From: Octopus sinensis
Taxonomy: Eukaryota
Reading direction: 5' to 3'
Assembly: GCF_006345805.1 (NCBI RefSeq)
Contig: NC_043011.1
Coordinates: forward strand, 36,158,464-36,222,463
DNA: 64,000 nucleotides
The position numbers and the translations under genes are program-made. Below are positions 36,333 to 49,288 of the stretch, piece by piece. The notes beneath the pieces were generated by a model. That model was not told the origin of the DNA. It did not search any database and saw only the letters and a list, made by a program, of their open reading frames with translations. Numbering within the stretch: position 1 is the stretch's first letter; each line of letters starts with the position of its first letter.

Positions 36333-39300
36333 GTGACACCAGCACCAGTGCTTTTATGTGACACCAGCACCAAGTACATTTTACATGGTACCAGCACCAG
36401 TGCTTTTTATGTGACATCAGCTCCAAGTACATTTTACATGGTACCAGCGAGAGTGCTTTTTATGTGACACCAGCACCAAGTACATTTTACATGGCACCAG
36501 CACCAGTGCTTTTTATGTGACACCAGCACCAAATACATTTTACATGACCCCAGCACCAGTGCTTTTTATGTGACACCAGCACCAAGTACATTTTGCATGG
36601 CCCCAGCAACAGTGCTTTTTATGTGACACCAGCACCAAGTACATTTTACATGGCACCAGCACCAGTGCTTTTTATGTGACATCAGCACCAAATACATTTT
36701 ACATGACCCCAGCACCAGTGCTTTTTATGTGACATCAGCTCCAAGTGCATTTTACATGGTACCAGCAAGAGTGCTTTTTATGTGACACCAGCACCAAGTA
36801 CATTTTACATGTCACCAGCACCAGTGCTTTTTATGTAACACCAGCACCAAGTACATTTTGCATGGCCCCAGCAACAGTGCTTTTTATGTGACACCAGCAC
36901 CAAGTACATTTTACATTATACCAGCACCAGTGCTTTTTATGTGACACCAGCACCAAATACATTTTACATGACCCCAGCACCAGTGCTTTTTATGTGACAC
37001 CAGCACCAAGTACATTTTGCATGGCCCCAGCAACGTGCTTTTTTATGTGACACCAGCACCAAGTACATTTTACATTATACCAGCCCAGTGCTTTTTATGT
37101 GACACCAGCACCAAGTACATTTTGCATGGCCCCAGCAACAGTGCTTTTTATGTGACACCAGCACACCAGTACATTTTACATTATACCAGCACCAGTGCTT
37201 TTTATGTGACACCAGCACCAAATACATTTTACATGACCCCAGCACCAGTGCTTTTTATGTGACACCACCACCAAGTACATTTCATGGCCCCCAGCAACAG
37301 TGCTTTTTATGTGACACCAGCACCAAGTACATTTTACATGGCACCAGCACCAGTGCTTTTTATGTGACATCAGCACCAAATACATTTTACATGACCCCAG
37401 CACCAGTGCTTTTTGTGACATCAACTCCAAGTGCATTTTACATGGTACCAGCAAGAGTGCTTTTTATGTGACACCAGCACCAAGTACATTTTACATGTCA
37501 CCAGCACCAGTGCTTTTTATGTAACACCAGCACCAAGTACATTTTGCATGGCCCCAGCAACAGTGCTTTTTATGTGACACCAGCACCAAGTACATTTTAC
37601 ATTATACCAGCACCAGTGCTTTTTATGTGACACCAGCACCAAATACATTTTACATGACCCCAGCACCAGTGCTTTTTATGTGACACCAGCACCAAGTACA
37701 TTTTGCATGGCCCCAGCAACAGTGCTTTTTATGTGACACCAGCACCAAGTACATTTTACATGGCACCAGCACCAGTGCTTTTTATGTGACATCAGCACCA
37801 AATACATTTTACATGACCCCAGCACCAGTGCTTTTTATGTGACATCAGCTCCATTGCATTTTACATGGTACCCCAGCAAGAGTGCTTTTTATGTGACACC
37901 AGCACCAAGTACATTTTACATGTCACCAGCACCAGTGCTTTTTATGTAACACCACAGCACAAGTACATTTTGCATGCCCCAGCAACAGTGCTTTTATGTG
38001 ACACCAGCACCAAGTACATTTTACATTATACCAGCACCAGTGCTTTTTATGTGACACCAGCACCAAATACATTTTACATGACCCCAGCACCAGTGCTTTT
38101 TATGTGACACCAGCACCAAGTACATTTTGCATGGCCCCAGCAACAGTGCTTTTTATGTGACACCAGCACCAAGTACATTTTACATTATACCAGCACCAGT
38201 GCTTTTTATGTGACACCAGCACCAAGTACATTTTGCATGGCCCCAGCAACAGTGCTTTTTATGTGACACCAGCACCAAGTACATTTTACATTATACCAGC
38301 ACCAGTGCTTTTTATGTGACACCAGCACCAAATACATTTTACATGTCACCAGCACCAGTGCTTTTTATGTGACACCAGCACCAAGTACATTTTGCATGGC
38401 CCCAGCAACAGTGCTTTTTATGTGACACCAGCACCAAGTACATTTTACATTATACCAGCACCAGTGCTTTTTATGTGACACCAGCACCAAATACATTTTA
38501 CATGACCCCAGCACCAGTGCTTTTTATGTGACACCAGCACCAAGTACATTTTGCATGGCCCCAGCAACAGTGCTTTTTATGTGACACCAGCACCAAGTAC
38601 ATTTTACATGGCACCAGCACCAGTGCTTTTTATGTGACATCAGCACCAAATACATTTTACATGACCCCAGCACCAGTGCTTTTTATGTGACACCAGCACC
38701 AAGTACATTTTACATGGCACCAGCACCAGTGCTTTTTATGTGACATCAGCTCCAAGTGCATTTTACATGGTACCAGCACCAGTGCTTTTTATGTGACACC
38801 AGCACCAAGTACATTTTACATGGCACCAGCACCAGTGCTTTTTATGTGACATCAGCACCAAATACATTTTACATGACCCCAGCACCAGTGCTTTTTATGT
38901 GACACCAGCACCAAGTACATTTTACATGGCACCAGCACCAGTGCTTTTTATGTGACATCAGCTCCAAGTGCATTTTACATGGTACCAGCACAGTGCTTTT
39001 TATGTGACACCAGCACCAAGTACATTTTACATGGCACCAGCACCAGTGCTTTTTATGTGACATCAGCACCAAATACATTTTACATGACCCCAGCAACAGT
39101 GCTTTTTATGTGACACCAGCACCAAGTACATTTTACATGGCACCAGCACCAGTGCTTTTTATGTGACATCAGCTCCAAGTGCATTTTACATGACCCCAGC
39201 ACCAGTGCTTTTTATGTGACATCAGCTCCAAGTGCATTTTACATGGCACCAGCACCAGTGCTTTTTATGTGACACCAGCACCAAATACATTTTACATGAC

Positions 39301-39532
39301 CCCAGCACCAGTGCTTTTTATGTGACATCAGCTCCAAGTGCATTTTACATGGTACCAGCAAGAGTGCTTTTTATGTGACACCAGCACCAAGTACATTTTA
39401 CATGTCACCAGCACCAGTGCTTTTTATGTAACACCAGCACCAAGTACATTTTGCATGGCCCCAGCAACAGTGCTTTTTATGTGACACCAGCACCAAGTAC
39501 ATTTTACATTATACCAGCACCAGTGCTTTTTA
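36333..39532. repeat. 53-bp satellite, ~60 units, dimeric subunits, with higher-order repeat
   Basis: Unit GTGACACCAGCACCAAGTACATTTTACATGGCACCAGCACCAGTGCTTTTTAT; variant units recur in a fixed order. Confidence 0.97.
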
Positions 39533-40546
39533 CCAGGCTTACTTAATATACCTTTCTTTTTACTTAGGATAATAGTGATATGAAGGAAATTTGGCTGCTG
39601 TTTCTAGCATGTTGAGCAACGATGTGTAAACTCCCTCTATAAGTATTGTTTATCCTGGGTCTACCTGATTGAGAGTTGTGAAAATAGATTTTCCTGTCAT
39701 TGCTATCTTTTATCATTGTATAGTGTATTTTCCTGTGTCGTTCTTTTGTCAAGATGGTAGAATTTGAAAAGAGTGAATCTGCTTACTATTTTTAGCAGCT
39801 CAAGCAACCACAAAGATGCTCTCTCATTAGCTCACATCTCTCTTATCAAGCTTGGTACATCACATTACCTTTCACTTAGTTTGAATCTTTTTTGACTTGA
39901 CTTTGATCTTACCTTTCATTTTTCTCATCTTTTCTTTGTTCTTTTGTATTCTTCACGACAAGATAAATTCAAATGATTTCTACTAAAATTAGTCTTGAGC
40001 CAAATAAAAATCAAATCACTCAAAATAAATGAATTGAAAATAGCCTTTTGGTTTGGTGATGTACTTCAAACATGAAATAACGCTAAATCATTTTAAATTT
40101 AGTGTTAAGCTTAATGAATTCATTCTTTTCTTTCACCTTTACCAAAATATAAATCTATCTATATACCAAATATATATGCAAATGTAAATTCTATAAACAG
40201 AGAGAGAGAGAGAGAGAGAGAGGAAGGCAAACATCTAATGTTAATGTTTTCCTTATATCTTTCAAGTATAGAATCATATCTTGGAAAAATCATAAATTAA
40301 ATAATAAAATCACAGTTAAAGAAATAAGTATTTCCTTTCTTTCTGGCACCAAACCTCTTATTTTACCAAAATAGATATCCAAACTAAATCATTATTTTTC
40401 TTAGTGTCTATGCTGTATTAATCTACTTTATCATGGCTACGGTGGAGTATCTCAGAGAAAATCATGGATTTGCATTGATTCTGGAATAGTTGGACAAAAG
40501 TGCTGATTGAATCTAAATTAAGTAAGGATGTAACAATTCCAATGCA

Positions 40547-41152
40547 GGAGGCACAATGGCCCAGTGGTTAGAGCAGTGGACTCGCGGTCGTAGGATCGCG
40601 GTTTCGATTCCCAGACCGGGCGTTGTGAGTGTTTATTGAGCGAAAACACCTAAAAGCTCCATGAGGCTTCGGCAGGGATGGTGGTGATCCCTGCTGTACT
40701 CTTTCACCACAAGTTTCTCTCACTCTTACTTCCTGTTTCTGTTGTACCTGTATTTCAAGGGGCCGGCCTTGTCACTCTCTGTGTCACGCTGAATATCCCC
40801 GAGAACTACGTTAAGGGTGCACGTGTCTGTGGAGTGCTCAGCCACTTATATGTTAATTTCACGAGCAGGCTGTTCCGTTGATCGGATCAACCGGAACCCT
40901 CGTCGTCGTAACCGACGGAGTGCTTCCAGTTGTGTGTGTTTATTGAGCGAAAACACCTAAAGCTCCATGAGGTTCTGGCAGGGGGTGGTGGTGACCCCTG
41001 TTGTACTCTTTCGCCCCAACTTTCTCTCACTCTTTCTTCATGTTTCTTATGTAATGCCACGATGGACTGGCATCCTGTTCAGCTGGAGGGAACACACACC
41101 ATAGAAACTGGGAAACCGGGCCCATGAGCCTGGCTAGGCTTGAAAAAGGGCG
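40547..41152 (+). mobile_element. SINE family D: full copy (40547-40928) plus adjacent partial copy with a different tail
   Basis: tRNA-like head GGCCCAGTGGTTAGAGCAGTGGACTCGCGGTCGTAGGATCGCGGTTTCGATTCCC; body repeated at 40929-41152. Confidence 0.85.
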
Positions 41153-41511
41153 CATAAATATATTGTACAAGAGTGGATGATCTATGTTTCTTTACTAAAT
41201 GTCATTGTAATAACACAGCTTTCATATATTTTTCAAAGACGAGTCTTATCCAAAATGCTGTAACTTGTATTCCTTCACTGGAAGAAGCATATTTTAGGAC
41301 ATACTTTCATGGTACTAAGCTACTGAGATATATCAACTGGGAAAAACAGTTTTAATATATAGGAAAGTTTCAGTGCTGAAAACCAATGAAAACTCATCAG
41401 TTTTGCAATACTTTCTCTGAGGGATTTCTATGTGATTGTTTGACCTGTCAGAAATAGCAGCAAATCTCCTTTGAATTTCATACTAGTGTTATAAAATTTG
41501 GGGAGACATAT

Positions 41512-42295
41512 CCTTTTCTACTGTAGGCACAAGGCCGAAATTTTGGGGGAGGGGGGCCCAGTCAATTAGATCAACTCCAGTATACAACTGGTACTTAATT
41601 TATCGACCCCGAAAGGACGGAGGGCAAAATTGACCTTGGCGGAATTTGAACTCAGAATGTAAAGACAGACGAAATGCTAAGCATTTTGCCCTGCGTGATA
41701 ATGTTTCTGCCAGCTCACCACCTAATTGTGGAGACATATCAGTCTTGGATATTGTAGTTCTAGAGAAAGTATGCTTTAAACCACACATTGAATATCGTTG
41801 GAATGCTGATGATCTAAGATCATAGTTCCACTCAATTAAGGCTGACCTAGAGCTAATATACAATAGTACCATAAGGTACCTATTTATTTCTTTATTGCCC
41901 ACAAGGGGCTAAACATAGAGGGGACAAACAAGGACAGACAAAGGGATTAAGTCGATTACATCGACCTCAGTGCATAACTGATACTTAATTTATTGACCCT
42001 GAAAGGATGAAAGGCAAAGTCGACCTCGGCAGAATTTGAACTCAGAACGTAACAGCAGATGATATACCTATTTCTTTACTACCCACAAGGGGCTAAACAC
42101 AGAGAGGACAAACAAGGACAGACAAACGGATTAAGTCGATTACATCGGCCCCAGTGCATAACTGGTACTTAATTTATTGACCCCGAAAGGATGAAAAGCA
42201 AAGTCGACCATGACAGAATTTGAATTCAGAATGTAACAGCAGGCGAAATACTACTAAGCATTTCGCCCAGCATACTAACGTTTCTACCAGCTCCC
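41512..42295 (-). mobile_element. SINE family B monomer (41512-41722) and dimer (41880-42295)
   Basis: Monomer flanked by GGAGACATATC direct repeat; dimer junction matches 14079-14510. Confidence 0.85.
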
Positions 42296-42599
42296 TGTAT
42301 GAATTGGATTGTTTCTCTGTATCTTTTGGCATTATCTTTTTTTACTTTAAGAAAATTCCTCGAATGAATAGAATTTATAAGTTTTCAAATCAGGAAAATA
42401 AAACGATTTTATTGATGTAAAGAAGAAAATATATGAAAAATTAAAAATTGTTAAAATCTATTCAACTTAATAACATGTCAATCATTTGTTCTTTTTCTCA
42501 ATAAGCATTCTTCTTCTATATTCCAATTATTTGATATTTTGATTGTTAATGTACCATGCCCAGTGGTATAAGCAAACACTGATCTCCACTCTCTCTGAT

Positions 42600-42923
42600 C
42601 CCTCTTTCAGCTAAGTTATTCGAGCAGTCTTTCTGAAGTTAGCTGATGGCTTCACTGTCTCTATAGCAGACTTCCCAAGTTTAACACAATATTTCATGTT
42701 GGTTCTTTGTTCCAATTTCCTGTCCATGACACACTTGTAGCATACAGCATACGCATGATCACAAAAACACAAATTTCACAACCTGCGAAAGTAAACACAT
42801 CAGTGTCACTCAACAAACTTGTTTCATGAAGCTCACTGCCAGCTCTCCCTGTGCATGCAACCATGTCTTGCTTTCTGTTGAAGCAATACAGAATTAGTCT
42901 TAAAACATTTTAATACTGCCTTG
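42600..42923 (-). mobile_element. mariner 5' end with decayed transposase start
   Basis: TA-CAAGGCAGTATTAAAATGTTTT terminus; MDRKLEQRTNMKYCVKLGKSAIETV. Confidence 0.7.
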
Positions 42924-42973
42924 TATATATATATATATATTTCATAATCTGTATGTTGTGTTTCATGTAAATA

Positions 42974-43224
42974 TAGAGTGTTCAAAAAGTCACTCCACAG
43001 TGAATCTTTTTCATCCTGTGCATTTTTCTTTTTGAAGACACCATCAACACTGAAAGATATTGCTTAAATATTTCCTATCCATTTGTAGGCCAACTCACTG
43101 TAAATGAAATTAATAATGCATACATTCAGCAAGATGGGGCTACAGCACATACTTCAGGCATCATCTGATTAATATTTATTTTGCAATAAAATACTTACTG
43201 CGGAGAGACATTTTGAACACCCTA
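42974..43224 (+). mobile_element. Tc1/mariner deletion derivative (MITE)
   Basis: TA-flanked ~28-bp TIRs (TAGRGTGTTCAAAA.GTC.CTCCRCAGT); internal FQQDGATAHT. Confidence 0.8.
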
Positions 43225-43463
43225 TATATGTCTCAAGTGTTGCGTGTGTTTGCGTGCGAATGTGTGTGTGCTTGTGTGTATGTGTATTATACTTAATGTT
43301 TATACACTATTGACAAGCAATTTATTTGTTTCAGTTGCATGCCCTGAATTATTCATTCAACTCGGCAGTGATTTGTAGAAGCAGGAAATGTATTGTTCCT
43401 TTCTTATACTGGAAGTAATAAATCTCTTAACCTCATACAGGCATGTGTCCAATTGCTAGTACA

Positions 43464-43504
43464 TATCATTGATGAGGCCTAAGAAGGCTGAAATGTGTCT
43501 GGCA
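43464..43504 (+). ncRNA. Decayed minimal hammerhead motif
   Basis: tTGATGA-GGCC-taagaa-GGCt-GAAA-tGtG-TC; reverts to CTGATGAGGCC..GGCCGAAACGCGTC by C>T changes only. Confidence 0.45.
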
Positions 43505-43564
43505 TTCTCATTAGCAGCTGCTGGGTCACTTTTTCAGCTCCCTTTGAAAATCTTTTTTTTTCTT

Positions 43565-43973
43565 TCTTTTTTACTTTTTACCTACTTCAGTCATTAGATT
43601 GTGGCCATGCTGGGGCACCACCTTGAAGAATGTTTCATTGAATGTATCGATTCCAAGATTTATTTTTTTAAAAGCCTGGTACTTATTTAATCAGTCTCTT
43701 TGGCTGAACCACTAAGTTACAGGGATATAAACACACTGGCACCAGCTGTCAAGTGGTGTTGAGGGACAAACACAGACACAGACACATACACACTCACAGA
43801 TATATATATATATACAACAGCTTCTTTCAGTTTCCATCTACTAAATCCACTCACAAGACTTAGGTTGACCCAGGGCTATGGTAGAAAACACTTGCCCAAG
43901 TTGCCACACAGTGAAACTGAACCCAGAACCATGTGGTTGGGAAGCAAGTTTCTTACCACACAGCTATGCCTGT
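43565..43973 (-). mobile_element. SINE family A
   Basis: Reverse complement of family A. Confidence 0.85.
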
Positions 43974-44049
43974 GTCTAATATATATTGCATTTTAAAATC
44001 CTGCATATCTACAAGAGCTCTATTCCAAGTGAAAACTGCAGTAACTTGC

Positions 44050-44289
44050 CTGTTAACAGTGTACATGTATGAAATATGATTCATAAAAGGCTGTGATGTG
44101 TCTTGTATGAAGGTCAAGTAATCAAATAGAGGCTCTGGCATTGGCTTGGCTTGTGTCTTAGAGCAATAATACAGTAGGTCAGCCTTGTTTTCACAGAAAA
44201 GTCTGTTTTCCTTGATGACATAAATTAGACGTATCTCCAACTGACCATCTTTCAATGCATTTTGATCCTGTATCCTTTCATCCAGGGAT
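44050..44289 (-). CDS. Candidate internal coding exon of an unidentified host gene (240 bp, phase 2-2, GC donor)
   Basis: Acceptor GTATTTCAG, open non-repetitive frame SLDERIQDQNALKDGQLEIRLIYVIKENRLFCENKADLLYYCSKTQAKPMPEPLFDYLTFIQDTSQPFMNHISYMYTVN, donor AG/GCAAGT. Confidence 0.55.
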
Positions 44290-44977
44290 CTGAAATACTC
44301 AACAGAAAATATCCTTTAACCATTAACAATACCTTATTCAGTGTATATCATTAGTTTGCTTTAACAATTCCATACAAACGAAGCCATCTATCTCAATAGG
44401 ATAAATTACCCAGATGAACTGGATCGTCCACAATATATTCAATGCCTAATCCCTTTCTGAACTCATATACATCTCATTTACCTTAATGTTTCAGTACATT
44501 TCACTTACGACAAATTCCACATTTTCATTCAGAAGTAGTGGTTCTGAAAACATTTATTCCCTTCCTTTTAATTATAACCATTTTTGAGAAATTCCAAAAA
44601 CAATAAAAGAACATAATTAGAATGTACTGGACATGCAATGTGAAATTTGAAGAATATACTTAATTTGGAACGACTAAATATGTGAACAAGCATTGCAATC
44701 TGTCGGATATTTCTCGTGGCAGGTAATTCTCAAGTGATATGGAGACATGATGAAAATGGATATTAAGAACTGAATGGAATGTCAGGAAACCATACTAAAG
44801 TGTAGCCGCAGCACATTCACTTTGTACATGGGCAGATTTAGAATAAAGTAATCAGTATTAATCTCATAAGGGTTAAGAGTTAGATTATGCAAATCCAGAG
44901 GAAACGGAAAGTAAACAGAGATAACATATGATAAATAAATACTTGGTGCTTAATACACTCCTACTCAACATAAATCA

Positions 44978-45410
<433 letters not shown>

Positions 45411-46204
45411 CATTTGATTCTTTTCAAAGAGAAATCCTTCAGCTTTGAAACACAGCTGTTCATAAATTTTTCTCTTTCGTGTTGGCCTTCTTACCAAAGA
45501 ACACACATGGCTCAAGAACAGTGGGCTTATGCTGGCTTAGTCATATTCATCAGATGCAATTTACCAAAATCCCCAAAAGACATCCAAGGTAACTAATCAT
45601 TTTACTAAGTACAATGACCTTTGAATAGGTTCCCAACAGCACTAGCAAAATATTACCAAATACGAAGTGAGAATACTAAAACATCTCCTGACAACTGGGA
45701 GAACATTGCCAATGACTGCAGCAGATAGAAAACCATTTTTTCTCAAGGAATGAAAAATAGCAGTTTCAAAAACCTTCTTAACTATACTAATAGCATTTCT
45801 GAACTGTTCATTCTCTTTACAATTCTATTTGCGATTTACCAATCAGTCTGCAGTTTTGTGGTATCGATTCTCTCATCTCTGTTTGTTTAGTCACTGTTTA
45901 ATGGTTCCCTCGTCACTATTTCGTGATGAGGTCTATACTTTTCTGATTAAGTTATAACAAGTTGACTCCCATACATGCTGAAATAATTCAAATGGCATTA
46001 AGTCATTGAATGATATTCGATGAACATATTTATTTCTAGTTCTTGTATTGTGTTTATTAACCCTAATTTCATTATCAGAAGGTGACTGGCTATTCAAACA
46101 CAACACAATGTCTAGAAACACCTGTGAATGCAGAAGAGACTACCATTCTAGCATTAGACACTTATCCCTTTTCCCTATACCCAAATACACTGACATATAT
46201 GCAC

Positions 46205-46237
<33 letters not shown>

Positions 46238-46319
46238 AACACACACACACCCTAAAATTTGTGTTAGCTGGAACTGAGTTCTACTTGCCAATTTGTTCAA
46301 CCAATAAATTTGACTCTGC

Positions 46320-46534
46320 AAGGCAGCAAGCTGGCAGAAATGTTAGCATGCTGAGCGAAATGCTTAGTGGTATTTCGTCTGTCTTTACATTCTGAGTTCA
46401 AAATCCCACTGAAGTCAACTTTGGCTTTCATCCTCACGGGGTCAATAAATTACGTACCAGTTGCATACTGGGGTCGATCTAATTGACTGGCCGCCTCCCC
46501 AAAAATTTTGGGCCTTGTGCCTAGAGTAGAAAAT
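46320..46534 (+). mobile_element. SINE family B with 17-bp TSD AATAAATTTGACTCTGC
   Basis: TSD at 46303-46319 and 46535-46551. Confidence 0.9.
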
Positions 46535-46690
46535 AATAAATTTGACTCTGCTCTTTTTTACTAAGTTCCTCTATAAGCAAATGATCTACTGTTATTTTTA
46601 AACTCATTTCCAAAGAATGACCACAATTTGACATAACATACATACATACATACATACAGACATACAGACAGACAGACATATTACTGTCAC

Positions 46691-46793
46691 CTTTTTCTGT
46701 CTTTAATATTCTTGTCAAAAATTTTGCAGTCAGATGTCCTTTCTGGTGCTAAACCTTTAATCACCTTTAACGACATACAAGGATAAGATACAC
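46691..46793 (-). CDS. Candidate coding exon upstream of 44050-44289 (103 bp, phase 1-2)
   Basis: Acceptor TGTTTTATAG, frame VSYPCMSLKVIKGLAPERTSDCKIFDKNIKDRK, donor AAG/GTGACA; phase joins the next exon in frame. Confidence 0.4.
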
Positions 46794-47228
46794 CTATAAA
46801 ACAGGATATACACAGGTTATTCTTACAGTGAGTACAAAAAGAAAAATCTGAATGTATCTGTGTTTCAGCAATAAGTATGCTATTTGTTTTTACCACTGAA
46901 GCACTGAACGTATTGAATGTTACTGAGATTTCCAGAGGCATCTTTTACCCTTAACGCAATTTGAATAGAATCGGTGATCCTTTGAATTTCAGGTACAATC
47001 TATTTGGCAAGCTTCTATAGTTACCATCTACCTAATTTCATTCAAAATGCTAAGGTTGAATCATGGCTCAGGTAAAAGACATATCTTCAAGATGCCACAC
47101 TGGGACCAAACACACAACCTCGTGACTTTAGAGGAAGCATTTTTAACCATTCATCCACACCTGTACTCCAACTCTCTTGCTTTCTCTTTTATACATAACT
47201 CTCTCTCTCACACATACATGCACACACA

Positions 47229-47269
<41 letters not shown>

Positions 47270-47671
47270 TTGTGTGTGTGTGTCTCTCTCTCTCTCTCTT
47301 TCTCTCTCTCATAGTTTGTCCACTGAATGACCATCACCTTCAGCTGAGGATTCTTTAGTGAATGTACACTACAATCTTTAATGCACAGCTTAAGTGACAT
47401 GTGTGACATGTGAAGGCATGGTTGGAGAGAGAGATCAAGGTTCTATATTCATGCCCTTTTCTCTCTCCTCTTCTAATAATAACAACGAATAATTTCTCCT
47501 CCTATGAAGGTATTCTAGCATATGCTAAAAGAGAAATGGTGACACTTGCTGAGATAGACAGGATGACTTGTGTTGAAATGGTCACAATGCCAGGAGCTAA
47601 AGCAAACAATGACACATGCTAAAACTGATATGATGACACATGACACATATTGAAATAGATATAACAGTACC

Positions 47672-47707
47672 CATCATCATCATCATCATCATCACCATCA
47701 CCATCGC

Positions 47708-47738
<31 letters not shown>

Positions 47739-47970
47739 TTCATCACCACCACCACCTCCACAACCACCACCATCATCATCATCATCTCATCATCATCACC
47801 TCCACCGCCACCACCACCACCACCACCACCACCTCCACCATCATCATCATCACTATCATCACCATCACCATCATCATCATCACCATCACCACCACCATCA
47901 TCATCATTAGCAGCAGCAGCAGCAGCAGCATTATCATTATCACCATCACCATCATCATCATCATCATCAT
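47672..47970. repeat. (CAT)n/(CAC)n/(CAG)n trinucleotide array, expanded tail of a family C copy
   Basis: Runs directly into TTTAACATCCACTTTCCATGCTGGCATGGG. Confidence 0.9.
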
Positions 47971-48310
47971 TTAACATCCACTTTCCATGCTGGCATGGGT
48001 TGGAGGGATCAACAGAAGCTGGCAAGACCAGGGCCCACATCTGGTTCCATAGTCTGTTTAGCTTTGGCTTCTACAGCTGAATGTCCATCCTAATGCCAGC
48101 TACTTTACAGAGTGCACTGGGTGCTTTTTACATAATACCAGCACCAGTATTTTTTATGTGACCCCTGCACCAATACCAATGCATTTTTTACATGGCCCCT
48201 CTGATTTTAAGATATCAATTCTATTGTAATGGGCAGGTCTTCTTGAGTTCAGCAGTGTGCCACATATCTCAGTCCTGTGTTATCTCCTTTATAAGGCTCA
48301 GCATTCTGAG
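47965..48310 (-). mobile_element. Older family C copy containing satellite-like units
   Basis: 48120-48200 matches the 53-bp satellite unit. Confidence 0.75.
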
Positions 48311-48371
48311 ATCAACTTTCAATACTAAAACATATATGACAGCACATTCTGAAAAAAATAAGACAATATAC

Positions 48372-48530
48372 GTGCAGGAGTGGCTATGTGGTAAGTAGCC
48401 TCATGGTTCCGGGTTCAGTCCCATTGCATGGCACCGTGGGCAAGTGTATTCTACTATAGCCTTGGGCTGACCAAAGCCTTGTAAGTGGATTTGGTAGATG
48501 GAAACTGAAAGAAGCCCCTCATATATATGT

Positions 48531-48588
<58 letters not shown>

Positions 48589-49288
48589 TATGTATGTGTG
48601 TGTATATGTTTGTGTGTCTGTGTTTGTCTCCCCAACATCGCTTGACAACTGATACTGGTGTGTTTACACCCCTGTAACTAGAATAAGTACTAGGCTTACA
48701 AAGAATAAGTCCTGGGGTTGATTTGCTCGACTAAAGGCGGTGCTCCAGCATGGCCACAGTGAAATGACTGAAATAAGTAAAAGAGTAAAGAGTAAAGAGA
48801 AGGCATGATGAAACAAATATGATAGCTCATGCTGAAACAGACTAAGCAATACACACCTACAAAGATATTAGAATACTCATTTACTCTTCTACTTGTTTCA
48901 GTTATTTGACTGTGGCCATGCTGGAGCACCGCCTTTAGTCGAGCAAATTGACCCCAGGACATATTCTTTGTAAGCCTAGTATTTTTTCTATTGGTTTCTT
49001 TTGCTGAACCGCTAAGTTACGGGGACGTAAACACACCAGCATTGGTTGTCAAGCGATGTTGGGCGGGGGGAGGACAAACATAGACACACAATCACATACA
49101 CACATATATGTATATACATATATACGACGGGCTTCTTTTGAGTTTCCATCTACCAAATCCACTCACAAAGCTTTGGTTGGCCCGAGGCTATAGTAGAAGA
49201 CACTCGCCCAAGGTGCTACACAGTGGGACTGAACCTGGAACCATGTGGTTGGTAAGCAAGCTGCTTACCACACAGCCACTCCTGCACC
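48372..49288. mobile_element. Tail-to-tail inverted pair of SINE family A (48372-48797 +, 48877-49288 -)
   Basis: Both near full length, about 80 bp apart. Confidence 0.9.

Noticed and set aside
36333-39532. CRISPR-like regular array
   Set aside because: No unique spacers and no cas genes; eukaryotic context; it is a tandem satellite
40547-40620. tRNA gene
   Set aside because: tRNA-like head runs into a multi-copy SINE body; no proper acceptor stem or terminator
47597-48080. Poly-D/G/A/P/S ORFs resembling a low-complexity protein
   Set aside because: Expanded (CAT)n tail of a family C retroposon
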